In this document: piece after piece, positions 1 to 10,739 of the stretch
Layout: each line of letters begins with the position of its first letter
Numbering within the stretch: the first letter of the stretch is position 1
Assembly (NCBI GenBank): GCA_024626585.2
Contig: JANKJI020000002.1
Coordinates: 100,755,748 to 100,776,952, forward strand
Length of the DNA stretch: 21,205 nucleotides
Source: Ginkgo biloba
Taxonomy: Eukaryota; Plantae; Ginkgophyta
Direction: 5' to 3'
Notes under the pieces: generated by a model
Told to the model about the DNA's origin: nothing
The model's input: only the letters and a program-made list of their open reading frames with translations
Databases searched by the model: none
Program-made: the position numbers and the translations under genes

Positions 1-2097
1 TGTACCCAAGTAATTTCTCAGATTCATAGGCCTAAAAACCACAATTAAGAGAACTTTACCAAATCTGCCCCAACTGATATCAACGCTAAATTTTAGATCG
101 GATGTTACTCCTTTTATCAATTTTTTGATATAGAAGAGTCCACAAAAAACTATAGTTTTCTAAAATAGATCCTTCACTAAATAGAAGTCTCTAGTAACTC
201 TTACAATAACCACTAAGAAAATATTCCCTACTAGCAAATTAAGAAGATAAGACAAGGATCTTAATAGCAACAAGAGCATATAGCACAAAGATTAAGAGTT
301 TGTGCACAACTAACCCATAGAGAGGCAAAGCTCCATTTTTGCCCAAAGAGAGGATTTCTCTAAAATTCTTTATTCCCCAAAGTTGAATAATGTAACGTAG
401 GCTACTTTGGAGTCTTTTAAGCTAATGAAAAGCCCAAAAATGTCTAACTCGTAACTTCAACTTGCTTTTTATGATTGGCCTAAGCATCCTCTCATGTTTT
501 AACTAATTTACTAATTTTAACACTTCTTGAAGACTCTCTAAACGGTTGAATTATGAGCCATTAATCCTAACTAATACTTTTCATCAATTAGGAATCCTTA
601 GTCCATTTTTTTGAGCTATCTTTAAGTAAGTCAAATCCTTACTGACCTACATCCCTCTAAAACACTAATTGGTTGTTATTTATAGATAGATACCTCAACA
701 AGCCAAAATATAAGATCGAAATTACTCCTGTGACCAAGCCACCAACTAGAATCAAAGCCCACTAGGAACCATTTCAAATTTTAGGACTTATTTGAATGTT
801 AAATTTTTAGATAGGACACCAGGGACCTTATTCCAACACTTAAACAAATTTCGAAAAACCTTTGAAAGAGCCATAACACTTTTAACTTTGATTTTTCTTG
901 ATATTTAGATTTCTACTACCCTAAAAAGAGCAATTTCCATTTGATAGCTTCGTTTTTCAGCTCTATGGCATTTGCTTGAAACCATTCACAACAAAACCTC
1001 CTTGAGCCATTTCATGAATAATGTATTGGATGTTCAGATGAACCTTTGAGATTGCTTGAAATCTATAAGAAAATTGGCAAAGTGCTTATAAAAAGATAAC
1101 TTACCACACTTGGTGCAACAACACAAGCCTTTCCACAACCTTAAGGAACAAAATGACTTCTAAAAGGTAATCTCCAACTCCTTGTAGGTATAATCAGACT
1201 GCTTTAGGCTCTCTTGAAAAGAATCAAGGATAGGGTAACAAAGAGCACAAATATGTCAAGTGTAGAAAAGCAAACATGGGTTATAATTAGGTCAACAGCG
1301 TTAACAAGAGTTAGTAATCCATAGAGGTGTTTGGAGTTTGAGAACATATGCAGCTCAATAAAGGGAGAAGGCACAATAACTGGATCCTCTAGACCAAGAA
1401 CACCCAAATTACGAAACAATGCCTTTCAAAACAAGCGTTAACGTTGTCCTCGATCATATAGAGGACATCAAAGGTTCAAACTCCATAAATTCCACATTTC
1501 TAAGTTCCTATTCTAGCTTCTCGAAATTTGGGCTCATTTTTAGACAACGAGCTCTACCATGTTGATTGTGGGCCTCAATAGAACACAGAGACAAAGTCCC
1601 AAGAGAAAAGTTGAAATGAAGCGAACGTAGACCAATCTTCTTGAGAAGATATTCAAAACTATCCGCAAGGATAGGGCAAAGAAAAGAAGAGGACCCTTGC
1701 AAACATCAAAGAGGGCCCTTAAGCCTTAAAGAAAGAAACCAACAATGATGAAAGAAACCCAATTGATAAGAGAAATCAAGTATAAAGGCATAAAAGGATT
1801 ATTCTAATAATGACATGCAAATGTAGCTACGGCAACAAATGTTCAACCTCTGAACAACAAGAAGGGGGCCTGTAACTTAAAGGCCGCACACTAGGAACCA
1901 TGAACTTGACATCCACAATTGATGACTTGTAAGGAACTTTAGAAAACTTTGGAATAAAAAACCAGTCTCTCGTGTGGGATATGATAACAGATCTACCTTC
2001 ATCAAAAATAAAGTCGATGGGTTTTTCGACAAACGTACATATTTCATTGTTAGATATTGGATACTAACAAACAAACATATCTCTATGGACGGCGCCA
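1..2097 (-). mobile_element. Heavily decayed LTR-retrotransposon-derived sequence
   Basis: PBS-like TGGCGCCGTC at 2097-2088, a PPT-like AGAGGGA followed by TGTAGG at 658-646 on minus, and weak gag-like peptides near 860-1020 (FMKWLKEV...KVKSVMAL). No intact ORF, and probably a composite. Confidence 0.45.
2088..2097 (-). promoter_or_regulatory. Primer-binding-site remnant (tRNA-Lys/Tat-type TGGCGCCGTC)
   Basis: Minus strand reads TTTTGGCGCCGTCCATAGAG. The first 10 nt from TGG match the TGGCGCCGTCTGTGGG PBS of non-chromovirus Gypsy elements. The adjacent LTR (...CA) is missing. Confidence 0.5.
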
Positions 2098-2763
2098 AAA
2101 GAAATTTCTATTGTATCTCCTCTTGAAAAATTTTGGCAATGATGTGAACAACAAAAATCGATCGATTGCCTAAGAAGCAACCCTTATAGCAACTGCAGTT
2201 ATATGAATTGACATGACAATACATTCTTCAATTAATATCACAGCAAATGACCCGTTCTCTTAGTGGAACACTCTTGGCATGCTTTTGGTCAGGAAACAAA
2301 TTCCAAACGAATTTTGTTCTTTGTTAGAAGCTTCGCAAGTGCTTATCAAAAGGTTGACCAACTCATCATATGCTAGTTGAAAACCAGCAATAGAAAGTAA
2401 CTTTACTTTCAGTCAAAAGGGATCAAACTTGAATAAAATTTGGTTTAACTAGCTTAAAACGATCATGCCAATTCTTGACTTTTATCTTACAATAATTCGA
2501 TGGATTTGAACCCTAATCTCTTACTTTTAGTAGATGGGCTACATGAATAAACAAGTATATTGGCCTTCTTTAAGAAATTGAATTCACCTCTTAAGATGAA
2601 ATAAAAATTTGCACTTAAACAAATATTTTAAAACAGAAAAAAAAAGTACTTAACAAGGATGCCTCGTGACCCACAAATCCTCATAAAAGTTATTTGCAGC
2701 ACATAAAGCACCTTCTAGCCTCGCAATATAATCTTGGCCACTTGTAAAAGAAACCATTAAATG

Positions 2764-2769
2764 TTTATT
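2764..2769 (-). promoter_or_regulatory. Candidate polyadenylation signal AATAAA for cytochrome b5
   Basis: tttatt on the + strand, about 265 nt downstream of the stop codon. Position is plausible but the motif is common in AT-rich DNA. Confidence 0.35.
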
Positions 2770-3033
2770 GGTGGAAAGACCAATAAGTAATAACATAATA
2801 TTGATTAATTAAATAATTTAAATCACATGTTTCTCTACTCCACTGAGCTTCATTGGTGTATTGCAGTCACAAATAGTTGTTGATGGTATAATCTTGGTAC
2901 TAGGCTTCCAAGGGACTCCAAACATGGAAAGCTGGTCCAAAGAATAATATCTCAAAGTTTTGGTGCCTAAAGCAGTTAATTAGTTACTAAAATGAAATTC
3001 TTTAGGCTATAGCTAAAAATATGCCCCTAAATT

Positions 3034-3275
3034 TCATTTTGGCTTGGTATAGAAGCGAACTGCAACAACCAAGCCCAGAAAAGCCAATGGAACCGCAAAT
3101 TGCAAAACTTTGATCATAATTTCAGGAATTTTGTCAGAATTGTTAGGTGCTTGCTTAAATATTGGCTTTGTGGAAAAAGACGAGGGATCTATATCTCCAA
3201 TGTAATATTCTTCCATTGTTTCTCTGGCACTATTACTGTGTCCAGCACTTTCAAACTCCTCTGTTGCATCTTTCC
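3034..3275 (-). CDS. CB5: Cytochrome b5, terminal coding exon (second heme-ligand His, linker, C-terminal transmembrane anchor)
   Basis: The acceptor ...ttcctattcctgcgcag| (AG at 3277-3276) is followed by (G)KDATEEFESAGHSNSARETMEEYYIGDIDPSSFSTKPIFKQAPNNSDKIPEIMIKVLQFAVPLAFLGLVVAVRFYTKPK*, with the TGA at 3036-3034. The G-x-D-A-T and GHS motifs, hydrophobic tail and RFY luminal motif are typical of plant Cb5. The phase-1 join with the upstream exon gives GGG (Gly). Confidence 0.96.
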
Positions 3276-3485
3276 CTGCGCAGGAATAGGAAGATGCACA
3301 TGATCAATAGCACCAGAAACAAGCAAGTTTGTTCTTTCTACTAAAAATGTTTACTTGATCAAGAAAGATAAAAACTTTGCTATAATATGGTAATCCTTGG
3401 TGTTTCTACATAAAAAAACCACATTGAACAAGAATGTTAAAAGGAAACAATCTTCAAAATATTTTGATTGAGAAAGTCACCATAC
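3276..3485 (-). other. 210-nt GT-AG intron of cytochrome b5
   Basis: GTATGG donor at 3485 and polypyrimidine+CAG acceptor at 3276; T-rich on the minus strand. Confidence 0.93.
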
Positions 3486-3552
3486 CAGTTGCTGACAGCA
3501 ACACATCATCTCCTCCTGGATGCTCATCCAAGTAACTGGTTACGTCATACAC
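3486..3552 (-). CDS. CB5: Cytochrome b5, internal coding exon (67 nt; HPGG heme-binding motif)
   Basis: Sequence reads ...cttctctcaatag|GTGTATGAC...GCAACTG|gtatgg and translates as [22 protein letters not shown](G). Boundaries are canonical AG/GT and the exon splices in frame to 3275. Confidence 0.96.
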
Positions 3553-4514
3553 CTATTGAGAGAAGTGCATCACTTTAGATCTTGCCAAAAGAAAGCAATT
3601 CTTAATGAATATTAGATATTGCTAACATTCTTGCTTGAATAAGAAATAATTAACTGGTCGTATAAGAAACCAAATGCCTATTAAATGTCATAGTAGTAGG
3701 CAATGACATCTAAAGAGGCTCACAATTCCATTCTAAAAATCTTATTTGCAAATTTGCAAGAAACAAAAGTCTCAAGCAATAAAAAATTTAAAAAGCAATT
3801 AGACTGTTTCTCAGGTGTAAGGTTGTCCTAGTGTGGTATCACTAGGGAGTTTAATTCACACATATTTAAATTGATAATCCAAAAGATAAGGGTGCTCCTG
3901 AACGTCTTCTTTAGCAGCTGTCAATTTCAGCAATCTCTAAAGTTCTTGTGATAGTGGGTCCTTTCACAAAGCAGAAAAGTTCAATGCAAGTTAACTGACA
4001 GAAAAACTGAAGAGTTGGCAAACCACGGTGCAAAAGGAACAATTGTGAATTTCACAAATTTGCAGTCAATGGGTGAAATTCATACTGGCTAGGTCAACCT
4101 GGTTGAGAAGAATGAAAACAGGGATCAGAAATCACCCAGCCATTTTTCAGAAGGAAGCAACAAAGAAAGAACCACCATAACCAACCTGACTAAATTTTGG
4201 CTTGCACAGGAATTTTTAAACTTGCAAGCACATTTTGAGCTATTTTGAAGCCCCCGTGGGTTGTTCAGGGCACTTTGGAGCTGTGACAGTGAGCTGAAAT
4301 AATTTTAGGGCACAAGCACAATTTTGAGTGATTTTGTGGTGCCCTATGAACCTGATCCTTAATTCTAAGAATGGCTGTGCTTCAGATAATAGGCCTGTAA
4401 ATGTAAAATTTATTCATTTGATGACAAAGTGATTCTTACAACCATAAGTATCATGTTCATGTCTGTATTCGTATTCAAATTCAACAAGCAAAAAGTTCAC
4501 TAGAAAGTTTGCCA

Positions 4515-4532
4515 ATATATATATATATATAT
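4515..4532. repeat. (AT)9 microsatellite
   Basis: Directly visible. Confidence 0.95.
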
Positions 4533-4867
4533 AAAATGTTTGAAAATTTGTCAAAGACTCAAATGTTGAACAACATTCAAGTTTTCAAGGATACAAAAGA
4601 AGATGTGAAAATTTGGACATCAAAATGAGCTAGAGCTGCATACTAACTAAAATAATTTCCNNNNNNNNNNNNNNNNNNNNNNNNNNNNNNNNNNNNNNNN
4701 NNNNNNNNNNNNNNNNNNNNNNNNNNNNNNNNGAATATAGTGAAGTAAAATCACTAGAGCACCACTGATACATGAACACTGCCTACATTACCAATTCCCT
4801 CATTATTAGCATCCACTAGTGAATCAGAAGAAACATCAGATGGATCCTTGGGCACATTTTGAGTAGA

Positions 4868-5380
4868 CTATTGCAGCTTGCCATAGACATAAACCAGATC
4901 TGCCAATTTATGCAGCAGTAATTTGTATCTATTCTTTGANNNNNNNNNNNNNNNNNNNNNNNNNNNNNNNNNNNNNNNNNNNNNNNNNNNNNNNNNNNNN
5001 NNNNNNNNNNNNNNNNNNNNNAGTGCAACTCGAGTGCTTATGCACAACATATTTCTTGTCATTCACCCAAACGAGGAAAAACATCTCAACCTCTGTATCC
5101 ACTCTAACACCAAATGCTTTAATGTTAGAGATCTGGATAGTTCCAGTAAAGTCAGCCAATGTAGTAGAACCAACCATCAGGTCCAATAGAATAGGGTCCA
5201 TTTAGTTATACGTACCCCATTTAGTTCTTGCCAATTATTCAGTCTTATCCATCATGAATTTTGTTGTACAATCTTACGTTGCCACTCACACAACCTGGAC
5301 AGTCCTTCAAGGAGGCAGTTGCAGGTGTTTATAAGATTACCAGTCAGGTGCCTTTATTCACGTTCAGAACAGCGTGTATG
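4868..5380 (-). mobile_element. hAT-family transposase remnant (C-terminal dimerisation domain)
   Basis: SKNRYKLLLHKLADLVYVYGKLQ* (4939-4868) resembles the hAT consensus SKKRNRL..KL.DLVYV.YNL. ALELH (5037-5023), preceded by GE* and KKY, resembles WW..YG..APELQ. The 82-N gap between them is about the 27 codons expected for the LS...SSS.CERNWS segment. Extension to 5380 is weak. Confidence 0.65.
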
Positions 5381-5382
5381 TG

Positions 5383-6511
5383 TGACGAATCCCAACTTAG
5401 AGGTTCAGAGAAACCAAACAGAAACATTTAAGGCTGATATATTTCAGATAAACACCACAACACAGCCGATCTAGGATAAAACACAATGGCTCTGCCCCGA
5501 CTAAATTTCTACTATGATCTTCACTAAATTTCCAATATCTATAAAACTTGAAGGACAGTAATTATAAAAGAACACAATCACGATTAATAGTCGGATCCAG
5601 GATTAGCAAACCCAGACACTAATAGAGCCTAAACTTTATTGAATATTCTCAGAAAATTCTGAGCTAAGATCAATTCTGAAGTAGAAAACACTACTAAACA
5701 CAGCGAACCACTACTATCAATTTCAGAACTGACATATTCAGAAACACCACTAAACTAGGGCTGAATGAAGAGCAGCTCTAACAAATAAAGTCAGTACAAA
5801 ATCTGAGTCAGTACATCAAGTACAGCAACCCGTCCTAAGTCTTAATCATCACAGAAAATATGCAGTTAGCACAGCAGATCTGATCTGACTTAATCGATAA
5901 TAGGGCAATATACTACTACAGTAGTGTGGCACAGAGATGAAACCAAAACAGTTACAGTGCTGCTGGAAAGAATGCATTCAATAAAGATAGTTTACATGTG
6001 AAGCACTGGAAACAGTGGGATTTCCTCCTTCAAATGGAAACAGTCCACTGTCTGCGCAAAAATGTGTGAAATCCCTACTGGAGTAGAGATACGGTGGCTT
6101 GAGAACAATGCTAAATTGTTGTGTTAAAACCAACAGAACAGTCGAACTGGAATTCAATGCTTTGAAATTGTAGTAAACTGCCACAGATTGGATAGACTTC
6201 AGTCAAGTTAGAAATGTAGTTCTTAGAGGGGACTAGACTCTCTTGATTCTTAGGGGAATCACTCCCAACAGACATGCAATTCCCAACACCAAAATAACTA
6301 ACTCNNNNNNNNNNNNNNNNNNNNNNNNNNNNNNNNNNNNNNNNNNNNNNNNNNNNNNNNNNNNNNNNNNNNNNNNNNNNNNNNNNNNNNNNNNNNNNNN
6401 NNNNCCAATTAATGGAAAAACAGATAGAATTTTGAGGCGGATTAATCACAAGAACACAAAAAGGGGTGAGAAAACAGAGCCAATGATGGGGACACATCAA
6501 TATCTGTATCA
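5383..6511 (-). mobile_element. Candidate 3' LTR (~1.1 kb) of the NRP-carrying element
   Basis: Imperfect terminal inverted repeats: TGACGAATCCC (5383-5393) and GGGACACATCA (6489-6499), 8/11 match with TG...CA ends. On minus, a PPT-like tract precedes TGATAC at 6511 (alternative start TGATGTG at 6499). The segment is non-coding and no partner LTR is visible. Confidence 0.45.
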
Positions 6512-6514
6512 ATA

Positions 6515-6522
6515 TTCCCTCT
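6515..6522 (-). promoter_or_regulatory. Polypurine-tract remnant
   Basis: Minus strand ...CTTTAGCGATAGAGGGAATAT|TGATAC resembles the Gypsy PPT-LTR junction. Confidence 0.45.
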
Positions 6523-6599
6523 ATCGCTAAAGATTAGCATTCTCTAGCATGAACCCAACTTGACATTGCTTTGGTATGCCTCAGATGATTTTGATTTCT

Positions 6600-7270
6600 C
6601 TTGTTAGGAAACAAAAATTGTNNNNNNNNNNNNNNNNNNNNNNNNNNNNNNNNNNNNNNNNNNNNNNNNNNNNNNNNNNNNNNAGCCATAACAGCCAAAA
6701 ACTCTCTCACTGAACCAGTTAAAAAATCTATCAATTTTTAATGGTTGTTTCTCACCTTTTTTCTCAGGATTCTTTGGTTTTGTTAGATCCATTCCTTCTT
6801 TTCAATGGGGAGCATTCCCTATTTCTATCATTGAAGCATCATTCACACACTTAAAACCCTTAGAAAGATTGTCTTCAAAATAAGGGTTTCGCCCAAACTC
6901 AAATGTACTTTTGTAGCCTGACTTTATGTTGACCAAGTCCTCAACATTCATAGACTTCAAATACTTGAATNNNNNNNNNNNNNNNNNNNNNNNNNNNNNN
7001 NNNNNNNNNNNNNNGATGGATTAAGAATGTTGTAAGCCAGAATTCTAGACTCGTTTCGATTACTTCATTGTGCCTTTGGTAAATTGGCCTCGTTTTCTCT
7101 ATGTACAATTGAACCAATTGTTCAATCTCAAGAACCTTGTCATTATCTTATTCATTTGCCTTGTCTAAGTCATCCCAAGCCTCTTAAAGGTGTTCCATGG
7201 ACATAAGAAGACAAGGGTCCATGACTTCAAGGTCCTCCACTTCATTTACATTTGCTCTCTTCATGTCCAT
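6600..7270 (-). pseudogene. NRP1/2-like: Intronless (retroposed) NAP1-related protein / SET-TAF-I histone chaperone pseudogene
   Basis: Manual translation gives MDMKRANVNEVEDLEVMDPCLLMSMEHL*EAWDDLDKANE*DNDKVLEIEQLVQLYIEKTRPIYQRHNEVIETSLEFWLTTFLIH[44 N]FKYLKSMNVEDLVNIKSGYKSTFEFGRNPYFEDNLSKGFKCVNDASMIEIGNAPH*KEGMDLTKPKNPEKKGEKQPLKIDRFFNWFSE. This is colinear with plant NRP motifs (KVLE.EQ.Y...R.P.Y..RN, FWLTAFL.HP, FKYL.SL.VED..D.KSGY, NPYFED, W.EG, SFF.WFS). Stops occur at 7186-7184, 7150-7148 and 6804-6802. No introns and no acidic tail are visible. Confidence 0.9.
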
Positions 7271-7470
7271 TTTCGTGCCGCCTCTGATATCAATAGCATA
7301 ATGCCCACGATTAAAACACATTGGCCATCACAACTAACACCTTGAGGATCATCCTTCTTTAAATCAATTGCTTATGATGACTCTGTATCTTCTTCCAGTC
7401 CTACAAGAGACTCTAGGATAGTTTGCTTTGTGGGGATTGACTCTGGCCACTAATGGTTACCGGCTGAGCT

Positions 7471-7896
7471 TCATTTCTGATTAGTTACAATAGTAAAACA
7501 GGTTGACAAGTTGAAAGAACCATTGGATATATGAACAGAATCCCATGGAACTGCATAGTAAGTAGCTTCTTTCTCCAGAATAATAATAGATAGATGATTA
7601 TTAACAATTGTATCGTTTACAAAATGTTTCTTGATTAGCATTTCCTCTTCACTTCGCTTCTTGTCCTTTAACCGAGAGCTCCAAGATGCATTGGCTAAGC
7701 TCACGGGTATCTTCTTCTCTTCGTCCATAGGATTCTGACTGAAGTATTGTTTGAGCTTATGAATTCTAGCCATAACTTCCATTCCATCTTTTATCTTGGC
7801 GAACTTAGGTATCCCAACCCTTGGCTTCTTAGGTGGAAGTAATTGAGGTCCAACATTACCTTTATGATTCTTATTCCTCTGCTGATTCATACTCAT
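7471..7896 (-). mobile_element. Internally deleted Ty3/Gypsy gag remnant
   Basis: PRVGIPKF...ARIHKLKQYFSQNPMDEEKKI resembles the Gypsy gag N-terminal motif (V..PKF.G...AW..KL..YF...PM.EE..I). KEATYYAVPWDSVHIS resembles a decayed K.LCF.C..PW.PGH.C knuckle. Confidence 0.6.
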
Positions 7897-8060
7897 CTTC
7901 TACGATAAATTAACAATGNNNNNNNNNNNNNNNNNNNNNNNNNNNNNNNNNNNNNNNNNNNNNNNNNNNNNNNNNNNNNNNNNNNNNNNNNNNNNNNNNN
8001 NNNNNNNNNNNNNNNNNNCGTCGTGGTTGACTTTAGATTTAAATGCTTCTTATTATCATC

Positions 8061-8378
8061 TTACTTTTTGTTGAAAAGTTCTTGATCCTTTTTTTTAAAT
8101 TGTGTAGATAATCGACACATCTGATTTATGAGAAAATACGGATATAAACTTCTTCTCACACACCACCTAATTGAAGTTGCAGTGTTTTTCATACTGGCAA
8201 TACCATTGTAGTTGGTGAGGTTATACAAAGTGTGAAAATAGATATATCGACAAGCAATGTGACACACTATGTTGTTCCACAACCTTTTAGACCTTTTTAC
8301 GTGCTCCTCAGGTTTGGTATCATTAGCATATTTTGGTAGGTTTGGACCGTTACTACCCCTAAACCTAGTAGTGAACAT
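8061..8378 (-). mobile_element. Second Ty3/Gypsy gag remnant (Tat/Ogre-like N-terminus)
   Basis: FRGSNGPNLPKYANDTKPEEHVKR resembles P..FK.P.IPKY.G..DP.EH of retrotransposon gag. Sequence is degenerate downstream. Confidence 0.5.
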
Positions 8379-10739
8379 AACTTATTCGAATATCATGCTT
8401 TAGCATGGAGTAAGAACCAACTTAACTCATAGCCTCATAATGTTAGGGAAAATTGTTTTCCCCGTGACACTTTCCATTCAAAATTTTATTCCTCCCATCG
8501 TCGTTCACACGCCTTGAGATGTTTAGCATCATTTTGAATCTCTAGAACAAACGTGGTGGAATCAAGTTGGTTAGTAGTGTACTTAACTTCTATGCTTTCA
8601 TCNNNNNNNNNNNNNNNNNNNNNNNNNNNNNNNNNNNNNNNNNNNNNNNNNNNNNNNNNNNNNNNNNNNNNNNNNNNNNNNNCAATTCTTTTTCATGTTG
8701 TAACATGTATGTTGATTGAGCTCATATGCCTTTCATAACCAGTTTACCATGAAGCATGCAAAGTCATCATCAGAATTTGCATCGCTTTCTACTTCTCCCT
8801 AATTGTTGGGCTCTAATGCTTCAGTTTATGACATGCAATGTAATGTCAATTTGAAGTATGAACTAGCCATGGATTTTGAGGATACTATAATAGTTGAAGC
8901 ATGATCCTCTACTTTCACATAAGCTAACTTGTCTATACCCATCAGTAGTGGTACAACCTCACCATCCTGCCACAAAGTGAACGTATGGGTCCACCAATCT
9001 TGTATAACTCTAGTCTTGTGCACCAATTCTCATCCAAACAATGAAAGATAGTATTAGCCCTTTGCTGACATCTTAAATATTGTGAAGTCTTATAAGACAA
9101 CCCTACTTCCGTGATTGGTACATTCTCAACTATTTCCAATGGTCAGTGTGTAGTAGGCAAGTGTCAAGGTTGGGCTTCTTATGGCCTTCCAAGTATTCTT
9201 ACGGATTACANNNNNNNNNNTCATTATAGATCCTTCATCTATGATAGCTTTATCGACAGTGCACCCCAATTATTGCATGGTTACGTAGGGATCTTGATCC
9301 AAGTTTAGGTAAGTTTGTCATACGGGCATTGTGTCTTTGTTTTAAATAATTTATTGATATGATGCACCTATTCCAAATCCCATAAGTGAAAATTGGTGGA
9401 TAATGGTATAATTAATTTTAAATCATTAACAAAATCTTTGAATACTTCCAANNNNNNNNNNNNNNNNNNNNNNNNNNNNNNNNNNNNNNNNNNNNNNNNN
9501 NNNNNNNNNNNNNNNNNNNNNNNNNNNNNNNNNNNNNNNNNNNNNNNNNNNNNNNNNNNNNNNNNNNNNNNNNNNNNNNNNNNNNNNNNNNNNNNNNNNN
9601 NNNNNNNNNNNNNNNNNNNNNNNNNNNNNNNNNNNNNNNNNNNNNNNNNNNNNNNNNNNNNNNNNNNNNNNNNNNNNNNNNNNNNNNNNNNNNNNNNNNN
9701 NNNNNNNNNNNNNNNNNNNNNNNNNNNNNNNNNNNNNNNNNNNNNNNNNNNNNNNNNNNNNNNNNNNNNNNNNNNNNNNNNNNNNNNNNNNNNNNNNNNN
9801 NNNTAGTTTACATTATAGTTATTATTATTGTTGCATTTATAATTGCCTTTGTTTCCTCGTCCTCAATATGGGTTATTTTGGCGTTTGTGAGGAATTGAAT
9901 AACACTCTTTCATGTCATGTGTATCTTTCTCGCAAATTAGACGCTAGAGTTTTCTAGTGGTATTATTTTGCTCCTCTTAGGTTGCCTGGTTACAACTAAT
10001 GTTGTTTTCCTTTGGTTTTTGCATGCGTTCTTGTGTTGGCTCTTGTTTTTGTAGTTTTAGTTTGGCAATTTCAATATGAAGTTTCTGAATATCGCTTTAG
10101 TTTTTGGGGTTGTCCAATTCATATTCCACTAAGTGTATGACACATAGTCAAGTGGGAAATCTTCTAGTTGCCAGTCTGGTTAGTGTAGGTTTCGGGTGTC
10201 CATACACGGTTGTTTGTCAAATGCCATCGCCAAATATCGTACTTATTTATAGCTCTCAATTGGATGATGTATTATTTTTTCTTGATATGGTGGCAACGAC
10301 CCATCTACGAAGTAATTCATCATTACAATTGGCACCATTGTGTTTGAGCCATCAAGTTTTGATGCTAAGAGTTTTAATCTTTTTTCATAATTTTGCATCG
10401 TTTCACCAAATCTTTGCTTGATCTCCTTGAACACTTTATTAATATTAACTATTATGGGATTGCACAAAAAGGTCTTGGACTACTGCCCATAAATGATGCC
10501 TCACAAACGAGAACCACAACAGGGCTTGATCTTCAAGGGTGGAAAAGAATCTTTGCTTTATTTCTTCTTCGGTTGTGATGTGATAGAGTGTGATGTTGTT
10601 AGGAAACAATGTCGAATGTTTAGATGAGTCATGGTTGCTTGCCATTGCATATTAAGTGATAGTGAAAAATTTGGTGGTACGTATATCGAGGTTGTTCCTT
10701 TATGGTGTCCACGTTTTTCACAATTGTTATGTCCTCTAT

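Noticed and set aside
74-83. Second PBS-Met-like ctgatatcaa
   Set aside because: Too degenerate and not followed by TG; cannot be supported on its own.
3100-3344. Plus-strand ORFs overlapping the cytochrome b5 exon
   Set aside because: Antisense shadows with no recognisable motifs.
5378-6504. Solo-LTR interpretation with a 5-bp TSD
   Set aside because: The flanks atgtg and atatc match only 3/5, and a PPT-like tract adjoins one end, which favours a 3' LTR.
7282-7293. tRNA-iMet PBS-like ctctgatatcaa
   Set aside because: Mismatch in the TGG and no adjacent TG...CA LTR end; it lies in the open frame upstream of NRP.
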